A stretch of DNA of 64,000 nucleotides from a virus (lineage: Duplodnaviria; Caudoviricetes): the IMG/VR virus record IMGVR_UViG_2930578203_000001, positions 1 through 64,000 of that record. One strand, given 5' to 3'. Below are positions 47,429 through 56,432 of this stretch, piece after piece. A model generated the notes under the pieces. The model had not been told where the DNA came from and did not search any database. It saw only the letters and a list, made by a program, of their open reading frames with translations. Every line of letters begins with the position of its first letter. The stretch's first letter is position 1. The position numbers were made by a program, and so were the translations under genes.

Positions 47429-47856
47429 CGGCCCTCCAGGCTCTGACGCCCGGGTGGGCCCATCCCGTGCGTGCGGCCGTTCCCCCTTTCACCGAGGCCG
47501 GACTGAAAAGGGTCCTGGAGAAGGTGCAGCGATGGGCGCCGTACGTCGACGGTTCCTTACTCGACGACGTCGCGGCCGTCCTGGACGACTACACGCCCCC
47601 CGAAGACAAGGTCGAGGAGCACGCGCAGCGGCTCCGCGGGCATCTGATGCGACTCGTCAACCTCGCAGTCACCTCCCAGACGGATCAGAGGGACCAGCGA
47701 ATAGCCGACCTCGTCGAGCGGGGCCATCACATCCGATCCGAGGAAGTACCCAGCGACCATCGCCGTGCCGTTGGGCACGTCCGGCAGATGGCGTGGACGC
47801 TCAACGAACTCCTCGAACTGTTGGTGGGGAACCAGTGCCTTACGGAGGAGCCGTGA
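47425..47856 (+). CDS. DUF6415-like protein
   Basis: LRGHLMRL motif and position after the HATPase gene. Confidence 0.6.
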   Translation: MTALQALTPGWAHPVRAAVPPFTEAGLKRVLEKVQRWAPYVDGSLLDDVAAVLDDYTPPEDKVEEHAQRLRGHLMRLVNLAVTSQTDQRDQRIADLVERGHHIRSEEVPSDHRRAVGHVRQMAWTLNELLELLVGNQCLTEEP

Positions 47857-48563
47857 CCTTCCCGTCCCTCAGACTCGCGTACAACCCTCGGGCCATAGAG
47901 CCCCGGGACCCGCGCCTGTCCCTAGTGCCCTACATCACGCAGAGGGCTGGGGAAGACGCAGCGCCGGAAAACCTCTTCATCGTCCGGCACGCGTCCGGCC
48001 CGCGGCTGTACTACCGAGATGAGGACCCCAGGGACCGAGACCCGCGAGGCGCCCTGTGGGCCCGGTGCGGCTGGAACCCCGTCGATGCGCAAGGCCGGAT
48101 CACCGGTGAACCGCAGTGGAAGCTGATGCACCCCCACCGGCAGATGGTGTGCATGCAGACGATGCTCTGTCAGATTTGCTCACTCCCTGCCAGGACGCCG
48201 CTCGGCTTCATCTTCCTCGCGGGCCCCCGGGACCACGACCCGGCCCAGGCGAGCATTCTCACGAACCAGCCTCCCGTGTGCCGTAAGCACGCCCGTGCAG
48301 CCGCGAAACTCTGCCCACACCTGGAGGACAACCCCATGGTGTTCCTTGCCAGGAGCGCGCCCCTGTACGGCGTGCACGGCACCGTGTACGGCCGCGACGG
48401 TGGAGGCGTGAAGGTCGTCGCCCAGCCGGACGCACCGTTGCCCTACGGCCACGCGAACATCGGGACCTTTCTCGCCTCGCAGTTGGTTCGCCGCCTCCAG
48501 TCGTTCCGCGCCGTCGGCCTCGACGAGCTGCTGGAGGACCTGGCGGCCCCCGCCGCCGCATAG
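47853..48563 (+). CDS. conserved hypothetical protein with Cys motifs
   Basis: VPYIT, HPHRQ..M..LCQIC, PPVC..H......CPHL. Confidence 0.75.
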   Translation: MTFPSLRLAYNPRAIEPRDPRLSLVPYITQRAGEDAAPENLFIVRHASGPRLYYRDEDPRDRDPRGALWARCGWNPVDAQGRITGEPQWKLMHPHRQMVCMQTMLCQICSLPARTPLGFIFLAGPRDHDPAQASILTNQPPVCRKHARAAAKLCPHLEDNPMVFLARSAPLYGVHGTVYGRDGGGVKVVAQPDAPLPYGHANIGTFLASQLVRRLQSFRAVGLDELLEDLAAPAAA

Positions 48564-48847
48564 ACCCCTGCCTGGTGCCCACACGACCGGCTCTGTGGCC
48601 ATCAGGCAGGCAGCAAAGCTCCGCCCGTACGACAACGGCATTCGGCGCGGGCGGAGACGAGGCGCTGGGGCTATACCCCCTGAGCCCCAGCGCCGGCCCA
48701 CTTCGCACGCGATTCGAAAGTTGATCGGTGCCCCTCGAGGCGCCACCGCCCTACGAGACCCACCCGCTGTCGGATCGCCTTTGGCGCCCTGGCGGCACCA
48801 GCACCAGAGCGACACACCTAGGCCCCCAAGAGAGAAGGAAGCTCCGC

Positions 48848-49750
48848 GTGTTCATCGACATCCCGAGCGAACTCGAAGCCTCTCTGATCGACTGTTCTCT
48901 CCCGCCCAGGGAACTGAACGGTTCGTTCCTGGCGCAGTCCACCATGGCGAAGTACCGGACCGAGCTGACGGCCACCCCGCGGTTCGAGGAAATCACCGCG
49001 ACCCTGCGCCACGCGCTGACCGGAAAGGGTGGCGGATACGCCGTGCTGCGCCTGGGAAACCTCGCCAAGGCGCTGGGGATCGAGGATGACCGGTTCCTGC
49101 GGCTGGTGACGGGCTTCGCGGCCGAGGTGGCTGTCCCCTTCTCGCCCTTCCCACGGTGGCCCCTTTGGAAGGACATCGGGGTCAAGGTCGACAAGGATCC
49201 CGGCAAGTCCAGCGGCATCGGGTACAACGCGTTTCACATGGACCTGGTGAACGGGACCCTGCCCCCGGACTACACCACGCTCCTCTGCGTTCGCCGCGAC
49301 CCGCTCGGCGGCGGCCCCAGCATCCTTTCCGACGCCCACGCGGCGGTGGCGAGGCTGTCGGAGGACAGCCGCGCTCTGCTGGCCGAGTCGGCCTACCACT
49401 ACGGGACCTTCTTCGACCTGTTCGGCGTGGGCGAGGAGTACAAGCCGTTTCCGATCCTGGACGGCTCCGACCCGGGCGAGGGGTTCGTCCGGTTCACCGC
49501 CAAGATGCTGGAGAGGTCCGAGCTCGGCCAGGCGCACGCCGACGCCGCCAGGGAACTCGCCGAAGAGCTCGTCCGGGGTCAGGTCTCCTTCATGCTTCAG
49601 CCCGGGGACTACCTCATCGTGAACCAGCGCCGTTTCCTGCACGGTCGGGAGGCGCTCCACAGCGGTCAGGAAACCGTCCCGGTCTCCGATCGGCGGCTAC
49701 TCCTCCAGTTGTTCCTGCGCGCGAGGGCCGGCGATGACTCCGCCGCGTAG
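48848..49750 (+). CDS. TauD/TfdA-family Fe(II)/2-oxoglutarate dioxygenase
   Basis: FHMD (HxD), LQPGD..VNQ..LHGR, RRLL. Confidence 0.85.
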   Translation: MFIDIPSELEASLIDCSLPPRELNGSFLAQSTMAKYRTELTATPRFEEITATLRHALTGKGGGYAVLRLGNLAKALGIEDDRFLRLVTGFAAEVAVPFSPFPRWPLWKDIGVKVDKDPGKSSGIGYNAFHMDLVNGTLPPDYTTLLCVRRDPLGGGPSILSDAHAAVARLSEDSRALLAESAYHYGTFFDLFGVGEEYKPFPILDGSDPGEGFVRFTAKMLERSELGQAHADAARELAEELVRGQVSFMLQPGDYLIVNQRRFLHGREALHSGQETVPVSDRRLLLQLFLRARAGDDSAA

Positions 49751-49889
49751 CCAGCCGACGGCACCGGTGACCCACCGAGTGCCGCCCCCGGGTCCAGCCC
49801 CGGAGCACGCGGCACGGCCACGGGGCTGGGGCCGGTCGGGCGCCTCTGGAAACCGTCGCGCACCCGGTCCCCCGGGCCCGTGCACGGAT

Positions 49890-50663
49890 CTAGATGCGCG
49901 AGTTGCTCAGCGACTGCCACACAGCGCCGACGAGCGCCCGCGTCGCCCGCGGGACCGACAGGCGCTCGTGCCGGCGGTACAGGGCCCAGTTGTATTGCAC
50001 GAGCGACAGCTTGTTGGAGGACAGCGATCCCGCCTGGTGGGCCCTGTAAATCGCAAGTGGCTCAGCCAGGCCACGGGCGTCAGCGCCGTCCCGCATGATC
50101 GACAGCCACAGGGCGTAGTCCTGGCGTTTGCGCATCTCCGGCATCAGCCTCGTGCCCAGGACATTGCGGTCGTACATGGCGGTGAGTGCACCGATGTGGT
50201 CTCGGACCAGCATCGCGCGGTAGTCCACGTGCTCCCGCGCACGGACCACCCGCCCGTTCGGGACCCAGTCGGTGCTCTCACCGTCGTAGTCGGCGTCCAT
50301 CTTGAAGTACGAGGTGAACGTCAGCGGCGCATCACCTTCCGCGGCGAAGGCGAGCTGTTTCTCGGTCTTCTCAGGAAGCCACATGTCGTCGCTGTCAAGA
50401 AAGGCGATGTAGTCCCCGCGGGCCCGCTCGATCGCGAGGTTGCGGGCCCGGCCCGCACCGCCCCGTTCGGGTGCCGACTGAGGCAGGACGCGCTCGTCCT
50501 GCTTGGCGAACTCGCGGAGCAGGTCCATGGAGGCATCAGAGGACTGGTCGTCGGTGACCAGCAGCTCCAGGTCGCTGTGGGTCTGCGTGAGTACCGATCG
50601 GACGGCCGCGCCGAGGGTGGCTGCCGAGTTGTACACGGGCATCACGACCGACACCAGGGGCAC
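49890..50663 (-). CDS. glycosyltransferase family 2 (TuaG-like)
   Basis: VSVVMPVYN, FLDSDD, QDYALWL, SLSSNK. Confidence 0.9.
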   Translation of the reverse strand: MPLVSVVMPVYNSAATLGAAVRSVLTQTHSDLELLVTDDQSSDASMDLLREFAKQDERVLPQSAPERGGAGRARNLAIERARGDYIAFLDSDDMWLPEKTEKQLAFAAEGDAPLTFTSYFKMDADYDGESTDWVPNGRVVRAREHVDYRAMLVRDHIGALTAMYDRNVLGTRLMPEMRKRQDYALWLSIMRDGADARGLAEPLAIYRAHQAGSLSSNKLSLVQYNWALYRRHERLSVPRATRALVGAVWQSLSNSRI

Positions 50664-51681
50664 AGCACTTCTCCTTGCCAGACCAGGAACGACGGTCCAT
50701 TCAAGCACCGGAATCGAGTAGGAGCTGCCATGCAGATAGTTGTCGCTGGTCAGGGCTATGTAGGGCTTCCCCTGGCCGTACGCGCGGCCGAGGTGGGACA
50801 CCGTGTCGTCGGCTACGACGTGAACACGGACCGTGTCCAGCAGCTCACCGCCGGCCAGTCCTACGTGCGGGACGTGGACTCCTCACGGCTGCGCGCAGTG
50901 CTGGACTCCGGGGCCTACTCCGCGACCGCCGACGGTGCCGCGCTGGCCGGCTTCGACATCGCGGTGATCACCGTGCCGACCCCGCTGCGGGACGGCGTGC
51001 CCGACCTCACCTACATCGAGTCCTGCGCCCGGACACTGGGTGGGCACCTGTGCCCCGGCGCGACGGTGGTCCTGGAGTCCACGAGCTATCCCGGCACCAC
51101 CGAGGAGCTGCTGCTGCCGATCCTGGAAAAGACCTCGGGCCTCAAGGGCGGGGCGGACTTCCTGGCCGGCTTCAGCCCCGAGCGGATCGGAAACAAGCGG
51201 TGGTCGTTCGACAGGACGCCGAAGCTGGTGTCCGGAATCGACGCCAAATCGCTCGACGTGATCAAGAGCTTCTACGACGGCATCTTCGAGACCACGGTGC
51301 CGGTGTCAGGGCCGAAGGTCGCCGAGCTGGCCAAGCTGCTGGAGAACACCTTCCGGTTCGTCAACATCTCCATGATCAACGAGATGGCGATGCTGGCCGA
51401 TGCCCTAGGCGTGAACATCTGGGAGGCGATCGACGCCGCCGCGACCAAGCCGTTCGGATTCACGAAGTTCACCCCGGGGCCGGGGGTCGGCGGGCACTGC
51501 CTGCCCGTCGACCCGATGTTCCTCTCGTGGAAGGCCCAGCAGGAGCTTGGCATCCCGTTCCGGTTCGCGGAACTCGCCGCCGACGTGAACCGGCACATGC
51601 CTGACTACGTCGTCCGGCGCCTCGTGGAAGCACTCAACAAGCGAGGCATGCCGGTCAGCGGATCGCGGATTCTGCTGCTAG

Positions 51682-52551
51682 AGGTTGTCCCGTAACTGCT
51701 GGCCAGAGGTGAGATGATCTTGCCGTGGCTGGTGTGATCACGGCGTCGGAGCCCTCGTGGATAGGCCCGTTCACCGGGCTGAGCCCTCGGCAGTTCAACA
51801 AGCTGATCACCGCGCTGCGGCGTGAGGGGGCCGATCCGGTCCGCAAGGGCCGACCGTGGTCGCTGCCGTTGGAGGACCGGGTGCTGCTGGTGGCCGCGTA
51901 CTGGCGCACCAACCTCACCCTGCGTCAACTCGCCCCGCTGTTCGGCGTCTCGAAGTCGGCGGCCGACCGGATCGTCGCCCACCTTGGGCCGGCTCTCGCC
52001 CTCCAGCCCCGGCGGCGGTTCCGTAAGGAGGCCGTGCTCATCGTGGACGGCACGCTGGTCCCCACCCGCGACCGGACCGTGGCCGCCTCCAGCAAGAACT
52101 ACCGCTACTCCACCAACCACCAGGTCGTCATCGACGCCGACACCCGCCTCGTGGTGGCCGTCGGCAAGCCACTGCCCGGCAACCGCAACGACTGCCGGGC
52201 CTGGCAGGACTCCGGCGCGAAGGCCGCCGTCGGCACCACCCCCACGGTGATCGCCGACGGCGGCTACCGGGGCACCGGGCTGACCATCCCGCACTACCGT
52301 CGGCACAAGGACGAGGAACTGCCGACCTGGAAGGAGGAGCACAACGCCTCCCACCGCAAGGTGCGAGCCCGCGTCGAGCACACCTTCGCCCGCATGAAGA
52401 GCTGGAAGATCCTCCGCGACTGCCGCCTCAAGGGCGACGGCGTCCACCACGCCATGCTCGGCATCGCCCGCCTGCACAACCTCACCCTCACCGGATGACA
52501 GGCAAACAAGCAGGTCAGCCTGCATGCCTCAAATCATTTACGGGACAACCT
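51682..52551 (+). mobile_element. IS5-family (IS112-like) insertion sequence, about 870 bp
   Basis: 14-bp terminal IRs AGGTTGTCCCGTAA/TTACGGGACAACCT flanked by duplicated CTAG (or TA). Confidence 0.9.
51725..52498 (+). CDS. IS5-family DDE transposase
   Basis: IVDGT, ADGGY, RARVEH motifs; N-terminal HTH. Confidence 0.92.
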   Translation: MAGVITASEPSWIGPFTGLSPRQFNKLITALRREGADPVRKGRPWSLPLEDRVLLVAAYWRTNLTLRQLAPLFGVSKSAADRIVAHLGPALALQPRRRFRKEAVLIVDGTLVPTRDRTVAASSKNYRYSTNHQVVIDADTRLVVAVGKPLPGNRNDCRAWQDSGAKAAVGTTPTVIADGGYRGTGLTIPHYRRHKDEELPTWKEEHNASHRKVRARVEHTFARMKSWKILRDCRLKGDGVHHAMLGIARLHNLTLTG

Positions 52552-52902
52552 CTAGGCCTGACCTACAAGTTCAACGCCACCGACCTTCGCAATTCCCCGT
52601 CGGCACGTGTCGCCGAACTTCTCATCGGCCTCGGCGCCGATGTCTGCGGCGCCGAACCCAACATCCCGGACGGCAACGACACCGGGCTGAACGTGCCCCG
52701 AGTCCCTGCCACCCCGGAAGAAGTAGCCGCCGCTGATGCGGTGGTTCTTCTGATGGATCATCCGCGATTCGACCTCGCGATGATCGAGGAGCACGCGCCG
52801 TACGTGCTCGACTGCCGAAACCGCCTGTCCGGAGCGAACGTCGAGACCCTGTAGCTCCCGAACCCTCCTGGCCTGCTGCTGACTTCAACCCCCGGAGTTC
52901 CC

Positions 52903-54288
52903 TTGCGTGAAGAATGGGAGCACGTCCACACGGACTACGCCCGGCCCGCGCATCGCCCCGCTCCTGCCTCGTTGGCCGAGAGCGAGGGCGACTGGCGCCG
53001 CTACCTGGAAGGTGACACCCCGAACGGTTGGCTGATCCAGCACAGCGCGATGGCGGAAGCGCTCGCCAGCGGCCGGCCTATGTACCTGCTGCACACCACC
53101 AGGGACATCGCCGCGATTCGCACCAGCGGTGAGCTGCACGTCTCCACCGGGTGCCTGGTCGGGACCCTGTACTGCTCCCCTCTGGTACCTCAGCGTGAAG
53201 GAATGCGTCCGCACAATCTCGGCGCCTACCTGATGCAGACGAAGCCCGACACCACGCCCATGATCTTCGAGGTCATCCCGGACGCTCCGATCCCAACCAA
53301 GGGTGTGGATTATCTGCATCTCGGTGCCATCCACCTGCGTACCTACCTGCGCTACCGGAGCTTTCTCACCCGGGCCGAGAACGACCAGCTCGACCATGCG
53401 GTGCTGGCCGGACTGGGCTCCGCGGCCGGATTCCTCGACCTGGCCCTGCGCAACGCAGTCGGCCGCACCACGGCGGCCCCCGAGTTCATCGACCAGTTGG
53501 CCGCTGCCGTGCCCGCCGTACCGTTTCTCGGCTACCTGTACTTCGAGGTGCTGTCCGAGTACCTGATGCTCAACTCCACGACTCCGGAGACCAAGGGCTA
53601 CGCCAATGCCGGAGAGCTGAACAACTGGCTGTACAAGCGACTCGCGTTCGCCGCCGTGGACGGCATGCACCGGTTGTTCGACCTGGCCCGCTTTCATCCG
53701 CGCCACCAGCAGCTCGTCCAGCTCATCGCCGGCATGGAACCGGCGCTCGCTCCGGGAGTCGCCGAGTACGTGCGGCAGCGACTGTCCCATCTGTTCGCCC
53801 GGCTCGCGCTGCACCCGTCCCAGGACGCGGCCACGGTGACCTTCCAGGGCATTGATCTCAGCGCACTCCGGTACGTCGCGCCGGGACTGATCGGGCAGAT
53901 GATCTTTCGCGAGATCCGGTACATGCCGCGCTATCGGCAGCTCTACCACTGCTTCGAGAAGGCCAAGGCACTGGAGGCTTGGGACTACTGGAACCACGAG
54001 GGCATCCCCACACCCTTCAACGGCATCCTCCCCAAGGGCGAGATCGGGATACACCCCGTCTACCCCCGGTCGGCCGTCAGGGCGTGGACGGCAAAGCAGG
54101 ACAGCAGAGGCTTCCTGCACCCAGCCCAGGAGATCACCGCGGTTCTCACGCCCCACCTGGCGTCGTGGTGGGCGCCCCCTCGCAGCCGCGGACGGGTGAT
54201 CACCACTGATCCGCAGGTCACAGTGGACCGTAGTGCCCCGTCCTCGGTTCCCGCACACCGATCATCCATCGAGGGGATCTCCGCGTGA
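52903..54288 (+). CDS. hypothetical protein (461 aa)
   Basis: Long ORF coupled by GTGA to the GT4 gene; no motif recognised. Confidence 0.75.
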   Translation: MREEWEHVHTDYARPAHRPAPASLAESEGDWRRYLEGDTPNGWLIQHSAMAEALASGRPMYLLHTTRDIAAIRTSGELHVSTGCLVGTLYCSPLVPQREGMRPHNLGAYLMQTKPDTTPMIFEVIPDAPIPTKGVDYLHLGAIHLRTYLRYRSFLTRAENDQLDHAVLAGLGSAAGFLDLALRNAVGRTTAAPEFIDQLAAAVPAVPFLGYLYFEVLSEYLMLNSTTPETKGYANAGELNNWLYKRLAFAAVDGMHRLFDLARFHPRHQQLVQLIAGMEPALAPGVAEYVRQRLSHLFARLALHPSQDAATVTFQGIDLSALRYVAPGLIGQMIFREIRYMPRYRQLYHCFEKAKALEAWDYWNHEGIPTPFNGILPKGEIGIHPVYPRSAVRAWTAKQDSRGFLHPAQEITAVLTPHLASWWAPPRSRGRVITTDPQVTVDRSAPSSVPAHRSSIEGISA

Positions 54289-55451
54289 CCACGAAACCCT
54301 TGACGATCCTCACCGGCATCAACCGCACGTCCGAGCCTTCGTCCGGCAGCATGATCCTGGTCAGCGACCTCTACCGCGCCATGCCCGACACCCATACGAC
54401 CTTCCTTGGCCGGACACCGGTCCATCAGGTGTGGATGACCGCGTTCGATCACCTGATCCCCCTCTCCACGACGAAACGACCCCAGGGCCCCGGCTTCGAC
54501 ACCTACGTGGACGAGCTGACGCAAGAGGTAGGGACGCTCATCGAGCAGATCCGACCGGACGCCATCCACGCCCAGAACGTTGGGTTCGCCCTCAGCCTCG
54601 CGTTCAGTCGCACCGCCGGAACCATCCCGATCATCTCCATCGCTCACGGCCCCGAAGTGATGGCGGCCGAGCGCAACACGGCGGAACACGAGGCCGTGCT
54701 CGAAGTCGCCGGCGCCAGCGCCGCGATCGTCACCCCGACCTCCGTCCTCGCCGACCGCATCGACCGCCTCACCGGGCGCCGGTTTACCGACCGCATCGCC
54801 ATCATCCCGTGGGGCATCCGTCTGGCCGATGCCCATGTACGCGATCAGCCTTCCGCAGGGACCGGACCCCTGTCTCTGGTGCAAGCCGGTCGCCTGGACG
54901 ACAACAAATCCACGATCACCGCTATCGAATCCCTCGCATTCACCGATCAGCCGCACCACTTGACCGTGATCGGCAACGGACCCATACGGGAGCATCTGGA
55001 ACAGCGGGCTATCGACGCCGGCCTGCGGGATCGGGTCCATTTTCATCCGTTCCTGCCCCGCGCCGAACTGTGGCGCCGTCTGCCGAACTTCGACGCCTGG
55101 GTCTTCACAACCACGGGTCTGGAGGCTTTCGGGCTCGTCCTCATTGAGGCTCAAGCTCACGGACTCCCGGTTGTCTACTCCGATCTTCCCGGAGTGAGGG
55201 AAATCCTCGGAGGCGCTGGCATCGCCTACACTCCGGGCGACCCGCGCTCGCTGGCTGTGGCCCTAGACGAGATGGGCCGGGACTCCCACCAGCGCCGGGC
55301 CCTGAACAAGGCGGCTCTCGATAACGCGCGCCGATACGACATCACTACCACCGGCCGCCAGCTTCGCGAACTGACGCTCCGCGTTACTTCCCCACGGGGC
55401 AGTCATCGGTGGGGCCCGTGCACCAAGGGCCCCACCGATGTTGGGGTGTAA
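54285..55451 (+). CDS. glycosyltransferase family 4
   Basis: PDAIHAQ, GRL...K, EAFGLVLIEA..GLPVV. Confidence 0.9.
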   Translation: MTTKPLTILTGINRTSEPSSGSMILVSDLYRAMPDTHTTFLGRTPVHQVWMTAFDHLIPLSTTKRPQGPGFDTYVDELTQEVGTLIEQIRPDAIHAQNVGFALSLAFSRTAGTIPIISIAHGPEVMAAERNTAEHEAVLEVAGASAAIVTPTSVLADRIDRLTGRRFTDRIAIIPWGIRLADAHVRDQPSAGTGPLSLVQAGRLDDNKSTITAIESLAFTDQPHHLTVIGNGPIREHLEQRAIDAGLRDRVHFHPFLPRAELWRRLPNFDAWVFTTTGLEAFGLVLIEAQAHGLPVVYSDLPGVREILGGAGIAYTPGDPRSLAVALDEMGRDSHQRRALNKAALDNARRYDITTTGRQLRELTLRVTSPRGSHRWGPCTKGPTDVGV

Positions 55452-55527
55452 CAGAACGCGGTCGTTGACGTTCCTGCTGTGAAGGGGGTGGCGCTTTACG
55501 TCAACCCAGCATGGATCCGGAGGAACG

Positions 55528-56037
55528 GTGACGACCGCTATAGCTGCCCTTTCGTCCACGGCCGGCAGGTCGCACCTGCAGGAGTCTCTGTTCTCTTGGC
55601 TCGCCCCGGAGAGCACTCCGCCCATGCCCGATACCAAGGCCCTGGTGGATGCCGACCCGGAAGGCCCGCCCGAGCCCCCAGCCGAGGAGGAGAAGGCCGA
55701 CCTCTCCCATGTCTGGGTTGTGGCCGCGGAGATCGAGGTCATCCCGAAGATTGCGAAGGTGGCCGACTACCGCGGCAGCTTCAAGGCGACCGAGGGCCAG
55801 CGCATCGACGCGCTCGAGGTCTACTGCAAGGGATGCCGGCGCCCGTACGACGAGGTCACCGGCCAGGACTGCTCAGCGAAGATCGACAACCGGCACTTGA
55901 TCGGCGGAGACCAGAGCACCCGGGCTAAGCGGAAGATTCCCGTCCCGCCCCGAAACGCCCGGGTCGTGCCCGGCGGCCGTATCCAGCGCCGCGGTATCGA
56001 GGCTTACGTGGGAGGGGTGTCCCGGCCCCCGCGCTGA
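55528..56037 (+). CDS. hypothetical phage protein
   Basis: GGAGG RBS, CKGC motif, ECF-like promoter upstream. Confidence 0.7.
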   Translation: MTTAIAALSSTAGRSHLQESLFSWLAPESTPPMPDTKALVDADPEGPPEPPAEEEKADLSHVWVVAAEIEVIPKIAKVADYRGSFKATEGQRIDALEVYCKGCRRPYDEVTGQDCSAKIDNRHLIGGDQSTRAKRKIPVPPRNARVVPGGRIQRRGIEAYVGGVSRPPR

Positions 56038-56078
56038 CCCCGCGACACTAACTCCGCCCGCTGTCCACTGTGCGCGGC

Positions 56079-56432
56079 GTGACTACTCAGCGAACCTCCT
56101 GGGCGCTCGCGCGTGAAGCCGCCGGCCTGTTCCTCACCGCGTTCGGCCTGCTCGGCGTCCTCGTGGCGTTGGGCGCACTCCACTGGGCCGCCGGACTCTC
56201 CACCGCGATGGCCGGCCTCCTCGCCACGGGCCTGCTCATGCGCCCGAAGCCGACCGCGGCACCCTGGGCGCACCTTGCCCGTGCCGCCGTCTGCATCCTC
56301 GGCTACGGCGGTCTCACCGGCTGCGCGTTCGCCCTCTGCACCCCCCTGGGCTGGATCGGCGTCTCCCTGGCGGTCGTGCTCCTCGGCCTGTGGCTCACCA
56401 CCCGTGAGCACGAGGACGAGGGGGCCCGCTGA
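56079..56432 (+). CDS. 4-TM membrane protein
   Basis: Hydrophobic; TGATG-coupled to the portal gene. Confidence 0.7.
   Translation: MTTQRTSWALAREAAGLFLTAFGLLGVLVALGALHWAAGLSTAMAGLLATGLLMRPKPTAAPWAHLARAAVCILGYGGLTGCAFALCTPLGWIGVSLAVVLLGLWLTTREHEDEGAR

Larger units (their letters stand above)
50730..52854 (+). pseudogene. nucleotide-sugar dehydrogenase (UDP-GlcNAc/ManNAc type) split by an IS
   Basis: GQGYVG, ESTSYPG, GVGGHC motifs; frame resumes as LGLTYK...RNSP after the IS. Confidence 0.9.

Noticed and set aside
48848-49750. Calling the dioxygenase a TET/JBP enzyme
   Set aside because: Motif spacing fits the TauD/clavaminate synthase-like family better; DNA activity cannot be claimed
49734-50729. 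N-terminal extension of the 653-aa ORF 49734-51695
   Set aside because: It is antisense to the GT2 gene; the real dehydrogenase start is ATG 50730 after AGGAG
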